A stretch of 64,000 nt of DNA, taken from the NCBI GenBank assembly GCA_964632545.1, contig CAZWBQ010000005.1, positions 15,678-79,677 on the forward strand, read 5' to 3'. The position numbers were made by a program, and so were the translations under genes. The notes under the pieces are model-generated. The model made no database searches and was not told where the DNA came from. It saw nothing but the letters and a program-made list of their open reading frames with translations. How positions within the stretch are numbered: the stretch's first letter is position 1; each line of letters begins with the position of its first letter. Of the stretch, positions 61,511 to 64,000 are shown one piece after another. Source of the stretch: an uncultured Bifidobacterium sp. (lineage in GTDB: Bacteria > Actinomycetota > Actinomycetes > Nanopelagicales > Nanopelagicaceae).

Positions 61511-64000
61511 ATGCGAGTAGTCGCAGAACGGAAGTGTAGGTTGGCTACGGACCCTGGCATAGATGGATTAATTTCTATAGCTATTTCTAAGGTTAATGAA
61601 TTACTTATTTCATCAGAAGCTAATCGCTCTCGTAAAGATATTGGAAATCGAAAACGTTTTGCTCGGTTATTACGCGAACCGACTGCCATCGCGGTAACTA
61701 TGGGGCTAACTGATGAAGTTATGCGAATTGCAAACCCAAATCGCGCTGCAAAATCCTTTAGAACTGTTTCTAAAGATGCCACAATTTCAGGACTGGGTTT
61801 AATTGATTATTTAGGAATTAAAATAGCGATTCTCGGTTCACTTCTATTCCCGAAGTTAGTTATGAAGGCAGTACGTGGTCGCGTTGAGTTTGCCTCTAAC
61901 GGAATAATTCTGCCCGCTGAAAAAAAGGAACTCTCGTCGCATATTTCAAAGAGATCTAATGAAAGCGCTCGATTAAATATCAATGTACTTGGTGAAGCGG
62001 TTCTAGGAGATGGTGAAGCGACTGAACGATTTAACTCAGTTATTGAAATGATTCGTCGACCCGAAGCAAATTATGCATCTGTAAAGATTTCTTCGATAGT
62101 TAGCCAATTAATTACAATTGACCATAATGGATCAGTAGCTCGAGTGTTGGATCGGCTAAGAATTTTGTACCGAGAAGCGAAACTAAATCACACCTTTATT
62201 AACCTGGATATGGAGGAGTATCGGGATTTAGCAATTACGGTAGAAGTTTTTAAAACACTATTAGATGAAGCAGAATTTGAAAGTCTAAACGCCGGAATTG
62301 TGCTCCAGGCATATTTGCCAGAATCGCATCATTATCTTGCAGAATTAATCGAATGGAGCCGGAAGCGAAATCTTCGAAGCGGCGGCAGCATTAAAATTCG
62401 CATTGTAAAAGGCGCTAACTTGGCGATGGAGAAAGCTGAAGCCGAATTACATGGTTGGACGCCAGCGCCTTATGCGACGAAGTCAGATGTAGATGCCAGT
62501 TATACCCGGCTAATAGATATAGCGCTACGACCAGAAAATGCAAAAGCGGTACGTATTGGAATTGCTAGCCATAATCTTTTTCATATTGCTTGGGCTATCG
62601 AAGTTGCTAATTCTCGCGGCGTAATGGGCCAACTTGATATAGAAATGTTGGAAGGAATGGCGAATGCTGAAGCGCTATCGATAGCAAAAGTAATGGGCTC
62701 TGTGCTGCTCTACACCCCAGTTACTCGCAAAGCTGATTTTCCGAGCGCAGTTGCATACTTAGTAAGGCGATTGGATGAAAATACTTCGTTAGAAAATTAC
62801 TTACGTGCTTCATTTGATATGAAAATTGATAGTCCTAATTATTTAGATCAAAAGAGCAGGTTTGAAAAATCTGTAATGGAGCGCCATAAGATATCAACTT
62901 CATCTAGACGTCACTCTGATATTACAATCACTCATACTGGCGAATTCGCCAATGCAAGTGACGGCGATTTAACAAATCCAACTTTACGTGCAGCACTTGT
63001 TACGGAATACGCGAAGGTTGCAAATGGAATCGATCAAATTATTCCAATAGTGATTAATGGCGAGGAGATAATTAATCAGAATTTAGAATTTGGATTAGAT
63101 CCAAATAAGAACGGCGAAGCTTGGTATAAATACTCGGTTATAAATACTGAAAATGTCGATCGTGCAATACAAAACGCTAACCAAGCATTAGCAAGTTGGG
63201 AAGCAATCAATGCCTCTGGACGGGCAGCGCTCTTGTATAACTCAGCTAAGTTAATGGAATCATCTCGCGCCAGAACTATTGCAATAATGGCGCGAGATGC
63301 CGGCAAAACTGTGAGTGAAGCTGATCCGGAAGTAAGTGAAGCCATTGATTTTGCTAATTATTATGCCGATTCAGCGCTCAAAATGCCTAAAGGCTCTGAG
63401 CCACTTGGCACAGTATTAATTGTGCCACCATGGAATTTTCCTTATGCAATTCCAATCGGTGGTATCTGCGCTGCGCTTGCCGCTGGAAACACTGTGATTT
63501 TAAAGCCTGCACCAGAGAGTGTTGCTACTGCTTGGGAAATTGTGCAACAACTTTGGGCTGGCGGAATTCCAAAAAATGTACTGCAATTCTTACCTTCCCG
63601 AGATGATGAAGTTGGTAAATACTTAATTTCTCACCCTGGAATTTCTGGGTTAATACTCACTGGAGCGTTTGCAACAGCTGAACTATTTTTATCTTGGAAA
63701 CCAGATTTAAATTTGATGGCAGAAACAAGCGGGAAGAATTCTATGTTGATTTCGGCAAGCGCTGATATCGATAGCGCTGTAAAAGATTTAGTCCAGTCAG
63801 CTTTTGGTCACGCTGGGCAAAAATGTAGTGCAGCTAGTTTAGGGATAGTAGATTCAACAATTCTAAAAAATCCAGCATTCCTTAAACAGTTAAAAGATGC
63901 AGTTGAAAGTTTAAGCGTTGGCTCCGGAGTAAGTTATTCAACAACGATGGGGCCAATAATTCGCCAACCTGAGTCGGGGCTGTTGCGCGCTCTTACAGTT
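61511..64000 (+). CDS. putA: bifunctional proline dehydrogenase / L-glutamate gamma-semialdehyde dehydrogenase (3' end outside window)
   Basis: Read by hand: open frame from ATG 61511 (stop at 61493-61495 upstream) to the window end, exactly 830 codons. PRODH-like block: NVLGEAVLGDGEA, VSIKISS-like, LDMEEY, KGANL. This is followed by an ALDH domain: PPWNFPYAIP, LKPAPESV, ETSGKNS, QKCSAAS. It is missing from the ORF track because no stop lies in the window. Confidence 0.85.
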   Translation, partial: MRVVAERKCRLATDPGIDGLISIAISKVNELLISSEANRSRKDIGNRKRFARLLREPTAIAVTMGLTDEVMRIANPNRAAKSFRTVSKDATISGLGLIDYLGIKIAILGSLLFPKLVMKAVRGRVEFASNGIILPAEKKELSSHISKRSNESARLNINVLGEAVLGDGEATERFNSVIEMIRRPEANYASVKISSIVSQLITIDHNGSVARVLDRLRILYREAKLNHTFINLDMEEYRDLAITVEVFKTLLDEAEFESLNAGIVLQAYLPESHHYLAELIEWSRKRNLRSGGSIKIRIVKGANLAMEKAEAELHGWTPAPYATKSDVDASYTRLIDIALRPENAKAVRIGIASHNLFHIAWAIEVANSRGVMGQLDIEMLEGMANAEALSIAKVMGSVLLYTPVTRKADFPSAVAYLVRRLDENTSLENYLRASFDMKIDSPNYLDQKSRFEKSVMERHKISTSSRRHSDITITHTGEFANASDGDLTNPTLRAALVTEYAKVANGIDQIIPIVINGEEIINQNLEFGLDPNKNGEAWYKYSVINTENVDRAIQNANQALASWEAINASGRAALLYNSAKLMESSRARTIAIMARDAGKTVSEADPEVSEAIDFANYYADSALKMPKGSEPLGTVLIVPPWNFPYAIPIGGICAALAAGNTVILKPAPESVATAWEIVQQLWAGGIPKNVLQFLPSRDDEVGKYLISHPGISGLILTGAFATAELFLSWKPDLNLMAETSGKNSMLISASADIDSAVKDLVQSAFGHAGQKCSAASLGIVDSTILKNPAFLKQLKDAVESLSVGSGVSYSTTMGPIIRQPESGLLRALTV

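Noticed and set aside
61492-63345. Minus-strand ORFs 61492-61782 and 63076-63345, the only ORFs the track lists in the last 2.5 kb
   Set aside because: Manual translation shows a continuous plus-strand PutA frame from 61511 to the window end, with PRODH and ALDH motifs. The listed ORFs are its antisense shadows.

Overview
Dense chromosomal core segment of a low-GC (mid-40s % by eye), genome-streamlined actinobacterium. Gene order follows the Mycobacterium/Streptomyces backbone: truA; rplM-rpsI-glmM-glmS; acpS-alr; tsaE-tsaB-rimI-tsaD-groES-groEL1-whiB3-like; guaB-guaB3-guaA; pcrA-sucCD-purNH; folD-mdh-icd; trpS. Composition plus compaction suggest a freshwater acI/Nanopelagicales-like lineage, but that is inference only. 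About 60 protein genes are supported. Many junctions are 1-14 nt start/stop overlaps (ATGA, GTGA, TAATG). I saw no rRNA, tRNA, CRISPR, transposase, integrase or phage genes. Two genes run off the window edges and are missing from the ORF track: truA (2-469) and a bifunctional putA (61511-64000). Non-backbone content: (i) a Liv-type ABC importer plus a coupled secreted hydrolase inserted between alr and tsaE; (ii) a monocistronic PhoX/DUF839-like secreted protein between purH and folD; (iii) a roughly 15 kb nucleoside uptake and catabolism supercluster (two BMP binding proteins, ABC ATPase, two permeases, cdd, deoA, add, punA, phosphopentomutase-like, deoC, two ALDH genes). I did not find a self-contained novel multi-gene island such as a defence system. 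The most unusual items are: a CarH/LitR-type B12 photoreceptor-like MerR regulator divergent from a leaderless whiB3/whiD-like gene whose promoter spacer is a dyad; an ALDH paralog lacking the whole catalytic domain, ATGA-coupled to a full-length ALDH; an IMP dehydrogenase lacking the Bateman (CBS) module; a split B12 acyl-CoA mutase whose two subunits lie 16 kb apart; and a structured leader upstream of orphan msiK. All family calls come from motif recognition and synteny by eye. No HMM or BLAST search was run. Start codons were chosen by RBS and overlap logic and may be off by a few codons.
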